This document shows positions 48,605 to 62,130 of a DNA stretch of 64,000 nt, piece by piece. Location of the stretch: assembly GCF_001194135.2 (NCBI RefSeq), contig NC_068983.1:94766156-94830155 (forward strand), read 5' to 3'. The notes under the pieces were generated by a model. That model was given only the letters and a program-made list of their open reading frames with translations, searched no databases and was not told the origin of the DNA. The translations under genes were made by a program, and so were the position numbers. Origin of the DNA: Octopus bimaculoides (taxonomy: Eukaryota). Position 1 is the stretch's first letter, and the number at the start of each line of letters is the position of its first letter.

Positions 48605-49899
48605 GTAAGTCAGCAGTTTTGTCATTTTGCTCCAACTTCATTTCTGTTCTGCTATTCCTACACTTCTGATATCAAACAACTACTACTAATAAACAGCTTT
48701 TTAATACCACAAACATTTGCATGAAAAGCTCTTTTGTCTTCATTAAAGAACATCAGTGATATCTCGATATCAGATTATAATCTTGATCCAGTTTTGCTTC
48801 CTCATCATTTCATTTAACCTGTCTTTGCTGCTGCTTCCTTGAGATAGAGAGATCTTGTTATTTACTAACTAGACACTGTATCAACTATATAAAGATGTGG
48901 CAATGTTTTTTATAATAATCAAATGAAATCAACTTTACCTTCCATTCTTTTGGGGTTAACAAAGTACCAATCCAGAATGATGGGTTAGCATAATTATTAG
49001 AACACTAGCTTAAAAGCCACCCTATCGGGTGACTTTTCAGCTGGCTCCTGTAGAGTGTTCAACAATGATACTTCATGCATTGAGTACATGTTAAATTTTA
49101 TTAAACTTGACCAATATTTTTCAAGTAATGAACAATTTTCATAAAAATAATGATNNNNNNNNNNNAATGATATCATTTGTCAACTTGGAACTTATTGCAA
49201 AGCTGCATGATAAACATTTTTTTGTCTTCCCATTCGGGGGGGTCAGTACAATTTTTTTTCTATCTAACCTCTTTCTTTCTCTCTCTCTCTCTTTCTGTTG
49301 ATTATTTTAAACCGTCACTAGTACCACCAGTATCACCACCACAACTGCCATACATACACCATTCAGACTTCAACGTCACCACCATCAATACCTTTGACTT
49401 TGCCGCCTTCCCCACCACCACCATCACCACTGTCTTTCACATCATTTACTATCACCGTTGTCCCTGACCGCCTTGGCTACCACCACCACCATCACTGTTG
49501 CCTCCGTCTCTATCACAACTACAGCCCATACTACCACCCCATTACCATCACAACCATCAATCTACTACCACCCTCACCATCTCTATGCCTACTATTACTC
49601 TCACTCCAGCAGGAGGAATAGTAGATGTGTCATTGAATAGTGAGAGAGGGGGTCAAAGTGTGATACACTGACACACAAATTTGTTTTGGCATTTATTATT
49701 ATAGATTACATGAGATTTCTTGTAGTATATCTTCTGGCTCTTTGCATTCTGTTGGCAGTGACAATATGACACTGATGCCTAGGTGTATCAGCCTTTACCT
49801 TTCACTTGGACAACATTAGTGTCATGGGGAGAGGAGGCTTAGATGCTTGGGCAACTGCTGGTTTTTCATAAAATCTTTGTCCAAACCTACATCTAAGAG

Positions 49900-50900
49900 A
49901 AGAACTTTCCAGGTGCAGACATTGCCTCATGAGACATTCAGAAGCCCTAGAATACTATTCTTACTATAATATATATAACTGAAGCTTACTTCAGCCTTAG
50001 ATATCTTAGAGAGACATCACATTCTTCTTTAAAGATGTTCTGAGCTTCAATGTCTTTTATAGAATAGTCAGAGGTGGAGTGGTAGGACTTTTTAAACATT
50101 GCAGACACTCCAGGACTAGTGAGATTGACATAGTTATGTTCAGTTTGTAGGAAAAATGCTGTCACAAAGGATTACTATTGTGAGGAGGGGAAGATTAAGC
50201 AAAATATTAGGATATATAGTAACATACAGTAAGTAGGATATACAGGCCATTGTAGATGCAGTCAAAATAGACATGATAAAGAAAAAAGCAGCGTTTCTGT
50301 GAGCTAGAATGTTTGTTTGTTGGCGATTGAATCTTTCTCAATTTGTTTGCAATTGAATCTTTTCCAATCAGAGATGCAGTCTAGAAAATTTGTGTGTAAA
50401 GTAGTAGCACTATTCCATAGATGTGAGCAATACTCTAATGTCAGATTTGTGGAGTTCAGCAACTGATTAGGGTTGAAGTGATATTTTCATCTTTGTGATG
50501 CAGTTTTGACAGTGACATTGTAAGATCTTGCACATGTAGCATCTTTTGAATTAATAAAAATTAATGAAAAATTGCAACTGCACAGAGACTTTTGATATTG
50601 GTAATGAATCAAATATACACTGAACTGAGAAAAGGCACCAGCTTCAACAATGGACATGACAGGAGTAACTATAATGATACTTAACTGAAGTAAAATTCTC
50701 GCAATGTAATTTCTTAATGAGGTTGCCTAAAGAGGAAAGTATATGATTAGAGATTGCTGGTATCTTTCGATTTGTAAAGATTGCAGTTAGATCATTGGGT
50801 AGGACTTAATAGCTTATGTTGCTGATGAAAAGATGGTTGGTTGAAGAAGCTGATTCAGCATAGGCAGTTCAGTAGTTGCAAAAAGATGCAATAGTTGAGA
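49900..50900 (-). mobile_element. Highly degenerate LINE RT C-terminus (same type as 5100-5400)
   Basis: Minus-strand remnants NLTLEYCSHLWNSA and LAHR....F..IYNG, with many stop codons. Confidence 0.45.
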
Positions 50901-51019
50901 CATTCAGTGTAATTGTCAACATTGATTAAAAATAGAGGTGGTAGTGCAACTCGCAACATTTAAACTTTCATTTTCTGCAGTTTTATATTTATATTTCCAT
51001 GTTTACATGGCTGTTCCTA

Positions 51020-51900
51020 CCTTTACTGGCAACAAAGGGCCTCTCCCTCAGAGTGAAAGACAGATTGTATAATGCCTGTATGTGAACAGCTATGCTACAC
51101 AGCAGTGAAACATGGGCTGTGACAGCTGAGGACATGCATAAGCTTGAAAGAAATGAAGCCAGTATGCTTCACTGGATGTGTAATGTCAGTATGCATATTC
51201 AACAGCGTGTAAGCATCTTGAGAGAAAAGTTGGGTATAAGAGGCATCAGATGCATTGTGCAAGAGACAACTGTGCTGATATGGTTGTTTGATACATATGG
51301 ACGAGGATAGATGTGTAAAGAAGTGCTGATCTCTAACTGTTGAGGGAACTTGTGGTAGAGGTAGACCCAGGAAGACATGGGACAAGGTGGTAAAGCATGA
51401 TCTTCGAACTTTGGGCCTCACAGTGGCAATGACTAGTGATCGAGACCTCTGGCGATATGCTGTGCTTGAGAAGACCTGTCAAGCTATGTGAAATCATAAT
51501 TATGGCTGATGTTACATAATTGGTACTTGTGTCAGTGGCATGTAAAAAGCACCTTTCAAGTATTGGGCCTCATAGAGGCTATGACCAAGACCTTTGGCAT
51601 TATGTTGTGCTTGAGAAGAGCCATACGCACCACACGAGCATATCGCCAAAGGTCTCGTTCACTAGTCATTACCATTGTGAGGTCCAAAGTTCAAAGATCG
51701 TGCTTTACCACCTTGTCCCATGTCATCCTGGATCTACCTCTACCACAGGTTCCCTCAACAGAGATCAGCACTTCTTTACACAGCTATCCTTGTCCATATG
51801 CATCACACGACTTATCAGCCAACTAAAATCACAGTTGTGGCAGGTACTGGTGTCATGCAAGTGGTTTCTATGGCTGAATGCCCTTCCTAGGTGTTTTTTT
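51020..51900 (+). mobile_element. RTE LINE 3' fragment (+, ~51020-51560) and an inverted partial copy (-, ~51625-51900)
   Basis: MLHSSETWAVTAEDMHKLERNEASMLHWMC...G.CGRGRPRKTW on +; the same segment is reverse-complemented downstream. Confidence 0.85.
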
Positions 51901-52749
51901 AACATATTGTTTGCTTCTTTCAAATAACTGCATCTTCAGTTTATCAAAGTTTATTATTGTGCATTACTACCATAATTTCCCCATCCAACATACTCAACCA
52001 CCAAAATATTGGGTGCAACTGCTATTGTCATGTTTGCTTACTCTGATATCTTACTTTTTACTGATGCTTGGAAGCCCAATAAAATAAATATTTTTTTATA
52101 AATTTCATTATTTTAGCAAGCTATTTGAATACTGTGTGTTTCAGTTGTGTACAATGTATTGCTTGTAGCCTAGATCTATGTAAAGTTTGAGGTGTATGGA
52201 AAAAAATGTTTACACATTTTGGTACATAGCAACAAAATATCTTTCAGATATTGATGATCATGATATTTAGTATTGGTAGCTGCCGTAGTAGTGCGATACT
52301 ATCTGCATCTGAAGAGAAAAGTTTCTTTGGTTTTTTTTATTTGTTAAGATTGGATCAAATATTATTTCTAGTCCAGTAACAAATTTAGATGGGTGCACCT
52401 CAAATGTTGTCAGAGACTTTTTATTGTGTCATTCAGCAAGACACAATACTGTTATCCTCAATAATTAAGCAGAATCACAACAGATGATCAAAAAAAGTCA
52501 TGAAATCATATTTTGTCTCTGATTCAGCTGTACATCTTTTAGTCTAGTTGTGAAACCTGCAGTTACTTCAATAATACGGTCATGACAGTATTTTATAACT
52601 GTGAGTATTTTGTTCACTTACAGTGTTAACTCAGTTTTATTTGTGTTGTAGTGTTTATGATAATGTAGCCTCTCATTTCAGGGAACACATTATAATTAGA
52701 TATTTGTCTATCCCTTACATAGACAATATAGTTTTATTTATATCATATA

Positions 52750-55225
52750 CCAGTAATGCATCCTGGCGTTGCCTGAATGCTACAACCTACAGCTACATTG
52801 TATTATTTGTTCCTTTTTTTAAGGGCAGAATTGGCACACAAGGGGTATGAAGCAAACAGCTCTTCTTTATAAACATGTTTTTTGGTCATTTTGTGATGAA
52901 CAATGCTGAAATTTTTGACACCAAAAACATGTACAATAGCGACTTAGATTAGAAAGAAATCTAAACATTGGCCCCAAAATGACCTAAAAATTGTGCAACC
53001 AAGCCGCGTTTGGTGTTAATTTTTGTAGTAAAATAGGTTTGCTGTGCCAAAAACTTACTTTACACTGGTAGCTGAAAGGTTGCTCAATGTTTTGATATCT
53101 GATACAGCAATATTGGCAACTCATTTTCATGGTTACAAATTGGGTAATGTAGAAGCTGAAATAGTTCTTATTCACCCCATAATATTTGTTGATAACTGTG
53201 AGCCGCACAGATATACATTAGCTTCCCCAATGAAAAGGTCATGTCCAAAAGTACTATGGTTTTCTGCAAGCATATTTGGTATCAGTTTATATCAATGTTG
53301 AGGCCAACAGAATAAAGAAGGGACTTTTGGGGCTGTATATATATGTACATATATAAGGATATGAGTAAACAGTGTTATTAATGTGGGCAGTTTGGCATAA
53401 ATGTATATGGACACTGTGCTTCTTGAAAAGAAATGGGTTATGCTGGTATGCAGAGGTTGGGCAGTAGTAATGGAGCGATGTATGGCTTCATGGTTGATGA
53501 ACTATGAAAGCCTAAGAAATAAATTATCTTTACAGACCATGTTTGGAATTATCTATATAATTGATAGCAAAGTGTGTATGAAATGAAATTAAAATCGGGT
53601 TTAGTCATATACCGATGAAGTTAGTGAAGTTGTAACATGTTGTTCACAACATAGTGTCTCCATACATTATAATGAGAAATTGAAAGAGAGAGATAATGCC
53701 AATTTTTTTTTTACATGTAGTATTTCAGTAGAATTCTATGCATGTGTGAAACATTAGACGAAAGTGAAACATGAGAAGCAACTTGAAATGTTGCCAGAAA
53801 ATGACCGCAAAATTGTGCGATCCAACCTAATTTCCGAAGTTATTTTATAGTAAAAAGAGTTATGCGAAAAATATACTTTATTTGGTAGCTAAAAATTACT
53901 GAATCTTTTGATGCCCCATATGTCAAAATGAGCAACTGAGTTTTTGAATCCATGAGGAACATTCAAACAAACACACACACACAGTAGCTTTTTGAAAATG
54001 TTGAGGTTATGGTTAGATGTTGGGGAAGGAGATGTTAGTGTTTCTTCAAGAAAAAAGAAAAGAAAATTCTTAAAAATTCATACTGTCTGTTTCTCTGAGG
54101 ATTACTAAGAAAAAGATGTGGAAAAAAAATTAAAAAATGAAGAAATTGGGGTTGGGAGGGAGAAACTTAAAATATTGAGAATGTGTTTTTGGGTTAAATG
54201 CAAATCTCTTGTATGGAAAACATAGGATGTGAATAAATTTTGGGAAAAAATAAGGGATAGGGGTACAAATGTCAGACATGCTAGAAACATCAGGTAAAAG
54301 TCAGGATTTCTGGGATAACTTCCTTGTAAGTTTATTTGGAAGATCAGGTTTTGAAATACACTCACCACAAACAGGAATGACAGAATAAGATTTGAGCTGT
54401 AATTTTGCATGTACATGCAGTAAGATATAACATAATTCATACAGAACTTTTACCTAGAGTGCGTGTGTGTGTGTGTGCCAAAGGAAGTTATTTTTACATA
54501 CCTTTCTTAATTCCAAAAGAAGAAAAAGTTGGAGAATACTTTCAAAATTGTAGTTGAGCCATGATTGTGAAGACATGAAGAAGTGTGTGTGTGCATATTT
54601 GTAGGATTGATGCGCCTGAGAAACATGTATGAATTATCTATATAATTGATAGTGAAATATGTAAAAATGGAATGAAATCCAGGTTTCGTCATATATCGAT
54701 GAAGTTAGTGAAGTTGTAGCATGTTGTTGACAACATAGTGTCTCCATGCATTATAATGAGAAATTGAAAGAGAGAGATAATGCCAAGTTCTATGCATGCA
54801 TGAAGCATCGGACGAAAGTGAAGCATTAGAAGCAAATCAAAATATTGCCGAAAAATGACCTCAAAATCGTGCAACCTGACCTTGTTTCCAAGGTTATCAG
54901 CATCACCTTCTTTCCCACTTTCCCCCTTTCTTTGTGCTGGCTTTCTTTCACCTTCATCTATAGAACATACATACAATATCAAATGTCAGCATGTCTCTCT
55001 CTCTCTCTCCCACTATCCCTCTGACTTTCAACTTCTCCTATAGAAAGTTGTTTTCTCTGTTTCTTTCTCTCTTCTCTCTGTCTTTTTCTTCTTCTGTTTC
55101 TCTCATTCACACATATTCTAGAAAGATTATAATGTTAAATTTTTGTAATGCAAATATGTAAATGAAAATAAAGTTTATTTGGCAGCCGAAAGATTACTGA
55201 ATCTTTTGAATCCATAAGGAACATA

Positions 55226-55285
<60 letters not shown>

Positions 55286-55317
55286 TACACACACACTCAC
55301 TCTTTTATATATTAAGA
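52750..55317 (-). mobile_element. Second non-autonomous Helitron of the same family as 38636-41933
   Basis: 5' a|TCTTAATATATAAAAGAG and 3' hairpin remnant plus CTGG|t. It shares long blocks with the first copy (e.g. ~39250-39760 vs ~53985-54500; ~41770-41900 vs ~55150-55225). Confidence 0.8.
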
Positions 55318-56724
55318 TGAACTAAAAAGAAAAATAGATAGATGCAACATACTCTGAATGGAACCCTGCATTCCACACTACATCTCTCAAACATTCTCTG
55401 ATTGGCATACTACATTACACCCAATGTGTCTTGACTAACATACTTCACCCTTGCAACATCATACAACATTGACAGGTGACCTTCTACTACTTTATCCTTG
55501 CATCTTGAGAGAGTATGGCAACAAATCTTGATAAGTTGCTAAATGACAGTCAAACTGGTTTGATCAGTCCTCATTCTAAGCTGCTGAAAAGATCCTCTTT
55601 GACTTAATTTCACAATATGGTTAAACATATATGGATATTACTACATATGTAAAAGATTCTTTATATTTGTTGGTTTATATTAGGTTATATTAGGATTTTA
55701 TTTTCGTACTATGAGATCTTATTTAATGATATATGTTTTTGTTTGTTTTATGATATTCCAAGATATTAGAATTGTTGTTTTCAACTTTCTCACAGGGAAT
55801 TCTGAAATGATAATTGTAATTTTGAATAGGAGCAAGCATGGCTATATGTAGTTGAGAAGTTCACTCAAAAAACATGTTTCCAGGTGGTACCTTGGCCAAG
55901 TGACTTCTATCACTCAAGTTGATGAATGCCTTGTGATTGAATTTGGTTGACAGAAACTGTACAAGGTTCAGTGCACGTGTGTGTGTACATGCTTTACATT
56001 TGTGCTTCACTGAAAATCAGTGAGCTACAAGCAATGATGATGTTGTCACCCTTATCATCCACTAGCTCTGCACTTTTGAAGATGTGTGGCGTAAGAAACC
56101 TCTTACATGAAAAGTAAGTAAGGGTTAGTGCCAGGAAAATCATGGCTGTAAAACAATTCATCATTAATGTATTTGTTAAATACATGCTAGCCTGGAAAAA
56201 TGAATGTAAAAATGAACAAATAAATGAACTTTATAACTGAGTAGAGAAGATATTGATTCATCAATTGAATGTATGTTCTGAGGTCTGGAGAGAGAGAGGG
56301 GGGAGGGAGAGGGACAGAGAGAGAGACACACACACACACTTAATTGCCTAACACAGTACATCATACTGTGGAGATTACATATCATGTTGTTAGAGAATAG
56401 TAGATCAGAGCTAAATTCATTCGCTTGTCTATACTGAACTTGGAGTTATGTACAGGCTTCTATCAATTTATCTTTAATTGTATTATCTTTGTGTTAGAAA
56501 TAAGGTGATAAAAAAAGATTTGTTATAGATAAGTTGATCAGTTTCAAGATATTTTGTGTGAGGTATATACTTGAGGAAATACGTAAAAGGTGTACAACTA
56601 CAGTCATCATTGTTTGTCTTTATAGAGAATCTTATAAAATGAACAATTTGCATTAACATAGAAACAGTTCATACTAATAAACAGTTGATTTGAATTAATC
56701 CAAAATTTTAATAGCATCTGACTT

Positions 56725-57255
56725 TTGAAGAGAAATTTGATACTTTGCAGAAAGGACAACCACAAACCTGAAGGCATCGTCGAAAATAGAAATGCAAAGA
56801 TCCTATGGGATTTTATGATTCAGTGGGACCATGAGATAGAGAATAGGAAGCCAGACATAGTCTTAATTGAGAAAGAAGACAAACTATGCTGGATCATAGA
56901 TATAGCATGCCCAGCTGACAACAAGGTATGCGATAAGGAAGAAAGAAAAGTTGAGAGATATGACAGGTTAGCTTGGGAAGTTAAGCAGTTGTGGTTGATG
57001 AGAAAGGTAGCAGTAGTACCAATAATTGTCGGAGCCCTGGGAACAGTGAGCAAAAATCTTGAGAAGTATATGGAACAAATAAGGGTGGAGTGCTTGCAGA
57101 AAACAGCACTGCTTGGAACTGTTCAAATACTCCAGAAGGTGCTTGAAAAATAAAGGGTGTTACCTTAGTTCACTGGTAGTGAACAGCTGACACCGTAGTA
57201 CATCTCCAGCGTTAGCAGTTGTGCAAAGGCAATGATAATAATAATAATAATAATA
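56725..57255 (+). mobile_element. R4/Dong-clade non-LTR retrotransposon 3' end (restriction-like endonuclease) with (TAA)n tail
   Basis: KILWDF.IQ.DH.IE.RKPDIVLIEK....C.IIDIACP.D..V..KE..K..RY..L..EV..LW.......VPII.GALG is a PD-(D/E)xK RLE domain. Stop at 57153, then (AAT)n. Confidence 0.88.
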
Positions 57256-57449
57256 TAAAATAACCTTTAATATTCTGCTTGCAGTTCAGTGTTATGCATT
57301 TAACAGCCTTAATTAACTATGGAATGAAATTGAAAACAATCAAAATATTAAACATATAACAATGTTATATGAAGATCAATAAATTTATGCATGAAAACAG
57401 AAATAAGAACATTTATAAAATGAGGAATTTCTATGAATCCCACTAATAA

Positions 57450-57912
57450 TAATAATACATTTTGTCTTGGTGTAAAAGATGGGCTACAACAAATATTCTG
57501 CACAATACCATAGATTTGCTTGTCAATTGCTTGACTTTAACCAGTTGAACCTGTCCCTTGGTGGTTGATATATGTATCTCTGACCACAAACAGGAGTAGT
57601 GGGAGAGCATCATAGTTATGTGTTGAGAGGAATTCTTTGGGGTTTGAGTAATTCACCTCTGGAAACATGGGTGTTTCATTCATCATCCTTAAGCAATTCT
57701 TATTCAGGGACCTTTTGAGCAGGATGGGCTACTTGACCTGAAGAAAATTCTAACTGGACCCCACCTGCAAGGTGTTGTGCAGTTTATCTTGATATGGGAT
57801 CATCATGTTGTGCACATATGGTTGTGATGCTTGCGCCTTATGATGGGTGTATTGGGCTTCATATATTTGTACCCCAGTGTCACTTTGATGGCAAGCACTG
57901 TTCTCTCACTCA

Positions 57913-57956
<44 letters not shown>

Positions 57957-57985
57957 TAGTAGTAGTAGTAGTAGTAGTAGTAGTA
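57450..57985 (+). mobile_element. Dispersed repeat with (TAA)n(TAG)n tail; same family as 34790-35370
   Basis: Reverse-complement similarity to 34790-35370. Confidence 0.7.
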
Positions 57986-59222
57986 TGCATGCATTCATAA
58001 TATTTAATATCTATTTGGGACTCCAGAATGATGACCCCATTTTGTTGCTCATAAGATAGTTCTGAATGCAATATGTTCCTACTTACCCGTTAGTGTGTCA
58101 GGCTAAGGGAAAAAACTCAAATTGAGTAAGAGTTGGTAATTATGGTAGTGGTGTGACAGCAGTGATGTTTGGTGTTGATAATAGTGACTGGATAATTAGG
58201 GTGAGGGGGACAGAGAGAGAGAAAGTTGTAGTAAGATAGATAAATAGATGGATAGAGTAGAGAGAGATAACAAAAAAGAAATAGACAGAATGTAAGTGAG
58301 AGAGAGAACAAAAGAATAAGGCAGAAATAATGAGAGCATTTGTGATGTCACTGTGTCTTTAGTTATCTCTTCTCTCATTTCTCCCTCTATCCACCCCACC
58401 TCTGCATTTGATTAAAGTATTTTTAAAGTGTATCCTGATATATAAAACAATGGCATGATTAGCTAACTGGCAGTATTAGTTTGTTACAAGAATGGAATAC
58501 AGTGCTAAGACTTGTATGTATGTATTTTATCTATGTCTTTATGTGTGTGTATGTAAAGATAGATAGATGCTAAAATCCTAGAGTTTTAAGCATACATTTG
58601 AAATTATTGTATAATGGATGAAATTGATAAATTTTAAAAACTAATACTATAAAAGAAAGGTAGTTAGTGATACTGAATTTTAGCAAAAGTATGCTTGAAG
58701 TTTTCATGGGTTTCATTAGTAATAATGGTAATAGATTTTAGATAAATAACAAATCTACAGAAATATGACTTTGTATAAAGATCAGTGAACTATATAGAAA
58801 TGAAGTTTACTCTCAGTCTAAAAAGTTTAGTATATACTAGCAGATAACAAGACAAATGTATTATCTAAATGTTTAAGAGGAGTTGTTGCCAATGAGTTTA
58901 TAATTTTTTTCACTCTTAACCTTATCTTTAGAGATGATAAATATTTTCTCTTTAATTACACCTACCCTATATTTTGTGATTTGATCTTCAATTGTCACCA
59001 AGCTGTGTGTACAGTATAGGACTGGTTTTGAAGTTGGAGTCCATATTTCTTAACTAAAAATAATACATCCTTATGTACTAAGCAACTGACTAATGTAAAT
59101 ATTGAAAAAATCTTTCCTCTCTAAACATGAGATTAATAGCTTAAAAAATTATACTCTTATTACCTGCCTTGTTTAACATTTTACTGCTTCTCCATTTCTA
59201 TTAACCAATCAATTAATCTATA

Positions 59223-59255
<33 letters not shown>

Positions 59256-59632
59256 TAAAATGCAAATATATGAAATATTTTGTTATTGTTTTTAATTTAT
59301 AGGTAAATATAAGATTCTTAATTTTTTAGTTATTTACATTTCTTATTGTTATGAACCATTACAAAACTTAATTTAAGATTAAAATATACAGATGGTCTAA
59401 GTATATAATTAATAACATTATCTATATTCATAGAAAAGCTTGTGAAATAATTTATGTTATTTGAAATTAATTTAAGCACATACAGCACCCAAAATAAGTA
59501 GATATAAAATAGAATAAAGTTGCTTGTAAGTTTTGTAAAAGAAAAAAAACCAGTTAAGGGTGAAGTGAGGGTTCATTTAAGACACTGAATGCTTATGCAA
59601 ATTATTTCTAGTCTTGCATCTTTCTGTCACAG

Positions 59633-59665
59633 GATCAAAAGGAGCAGTAGACAGTGGTGTAATTG
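59633..59665 (+). CDS. PLEKHM1: Candidate 33-nt PLEKHM1 micro-exon: (G)SKGAVDSGVI-(G)
   Basis: Pyrimidine tract plus tcacag acceptor, G|gtaagc donor, phase 1-1, open frame. Supported by splice signals only. Confidence 0.45.
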
Positions 59666-60244
59666 GTAAGCTATGTAAAAACATTTCTGTTGTCACTCAT
59701 TCATAGTATTGGAAACTAGTTTGTAAACAGTAAAAATGGCCAAGACAAAAGGGGACTGAAGTAGATATTGTAAAGCATTTATTTCAGTATATTGCCTTTC
59801 TGTATTGTAATGTCACTTTGCTTTTCCTCCTTCTCAAAAGATGGAGATGGATGTCTGTGTGATACATACTTGTAAAGACTGTGATTAAATCACTTAGTTT
59901 TCCATTTAAAAACCTTTTTTTTGTTTTGCGAAATTGGTTTCATTTTCAAACCAGAAAATCTTTTAAGCTGAAGTAGATACTATTTCATTTGCTGTTCAAG
60001 TATTTTCACATGGATGGTTTTATGGTGGTATTCAGATAATATTGAAAACATAAATAATTATGTGATACTGGGATATAAAGATATTGTATATCAACATTAT
60101 TCTCCATTGTGTTTATGCTGTAGTGTGGTGTTCAGCTATTATTCCAAAGTGAGTGCTTGTATTGTTATTTTGTATTATTTTGATATTATCAGATATTATT
60201 TTGAAAAGAAAGGATGTGTGTTAGTGTGATTTTCAAATATTCTA

Positions 60245-60931
60245 ACATGCGGGTGACACATGAAATTTTTCGAGCGAGACCGTTGCCAGTGCCCCTGGAC
60301 TGGCTCTTGTGCGGGGCCGTCATAAGATTTTCGAGCAAGTTCGTTGCCAGTGCCCCTGGACTGGCTCTTGTGCGGGTGATACATGAAATTTTTTGAGCGA
60401 GATAGTTGCCAGTGTCCCTGAACTGGCTCTTGTGTGTGCGGGGNNNNNNNNNNNNNNNNNNNNNNNNNNNNNNNNNNNNNNNNNNNNNNNNNNNNNNNNN
60501 NNNNNNNNNNNNNNNNNNNNNNNNNNNNNNNNNNNNNNNNNNNNNNNNNNNNNNNNNNNNNNNNNNNNNNNNNNNNNNNNNNNNNNNNNNNNNNNNNNNN
60601 NNNNNNNNNNNNNNNNNNNNNNNNNNNNNNNNNNNNNNNNNNNNNNNGTTGCCAGTGCTCCTGGACTGGCTCTTGTGTGGGTGGCACATGAAATGCACGA
60701 TTTTGAGCGTGGCCGTTGCCAGTACCGCCTGACTGGCCTTCGTGCAGGTGACACGTAAAAGCACCCACTACACTCTCTGAGTGGTTGGCGTTAGGAAGGG
60801 CATCCAGCTGTAGAAACTCTGCCAAATCAGATTTGAGCCTGGTGTAGCCATCTGGTTTCACCAGTCCTCAGTCAGATCGTCCAATCCATGCTAGCATGGA
60901 AAGCAGACGTTAAACGATGATGATGATGATA

Positions 60932-60970
<39 letters not shown>
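60245..60970 (+). mobile_element. RTE 3'UTR-derived element with a ~62-bp tandem array spanning a gap, and a (GAT)n tail
   Basis: Repeated gcgggtgacacatgaaattttcgagcgagaccgttgccagtgcccctggactggctcttgt units, followed by the same RTE tail as 18575-18790. Confidence 0.85.
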
Positions 60971-61659
60971 GGTAGTTCTGTGCTTATCTGATGTTCAAAA
61001 AATTTCTTTGTCAAGAGCAACTCACTATAATTTGCATTTGTTCATCTTTTGACAGCATTACTCATGGTAGTCTAGTTGTAACCAAGGAAATTAGGTATAG
61101 ATGACTGGCTTGTGAGAGCCATGCAAGTTATATACAGAGATGCCATCTGCAAGGCAAGAGCTAGCAATGTATTTAGCATACAGATAAGTATCCCGTCCTG
61201 TTTATTTACTTCTTCAGGCCATAATAAAGGGGATCAATATTGATTGTTCATGAGAACTTCTGTAGGCTGATGACCTAGTTTTCATAGGTCAAAGGATTAA
61301 AGGAATTTCAAAGCTAACTTAGCAAACATTTTAGTTAGCAGGAAATGAAATAGGACTGTACTGCTATCTGGGAAGTATCCATATTTGTTTGACAAGAAAG
61401 GAGTTGGTAACAATTCCATAGTGTACCCACTTTAAACTATGAGTGTAGAAGAAGTTGAGTGGGCAATTTGGCAGTGAATGACTTTGTATGTAGCAAGTGC
61501 TTGGAGTGGTTAGCAATAAGAATTCCAATGAAATTAATTCCATCAGATGCTTGTGATGTTCCCTTGATTACAACAGCTTCTGTTGCCTAGTCAACATAAT
61601 TAGTGGAGATGGGTATTATGAAAGTATAATAAAGAACCTTGGTTAGAACAAGATGAAAA

Positions 61660-62130
61660 ATGTTTAGGGAGCTGCTACCTCTGATGGTAACAAAGGGAAT
61701 CTTTCTCCAAGCAAAGAACAGATTCTACGATACTTGCATATGAAATATGACATTGCATGGTAATAAAACATGGGCATCGAATGCTAGGATACATGAAAAT
61801 TGGATACAAAATTGAGGCAAGCATGCTCTGCTGGATATGTAATGATAGCATGGATGAATGCAGGATCACAAAATAATTGAGAGAAAAGTTAGGTATAAAA
61901 GAAGTAGGCTGTAATGTGCAAAAGTGGAGACTGTGCAGGTGTGGACATGTGATGTATATGGAGGTTATTGTTGGGTAAATAAATGCCAAATGATTCAAGC
62001 GAAAGACACTTGCAGAAGTGAAAGATAATCTCAGGAGGCTGAACTGCATGAAGGAGATAAGTGTTTGCAATAAATAGCAAGATCTTGTGCTAAAGAAAAT
62101 CCATGAAAGCATGGCAAAATAGGCTGATGA
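61660..62130 (+). mobile_element. Degenerate RTE LINE 3' ORF fragment
   Basis: Decayed FY..C....LHG..TW......L...EASML.WICN...LREKLGI...G..VQ..RL.RCGHV. Confidence 0.65.

Noticed and set aside
55799-55850. Possible PLEKHM1 exon after the tcacag acceptor
   Set aside because: The phase-1 frame reaches a stop with no credible donor and runs into a decayed SINE.
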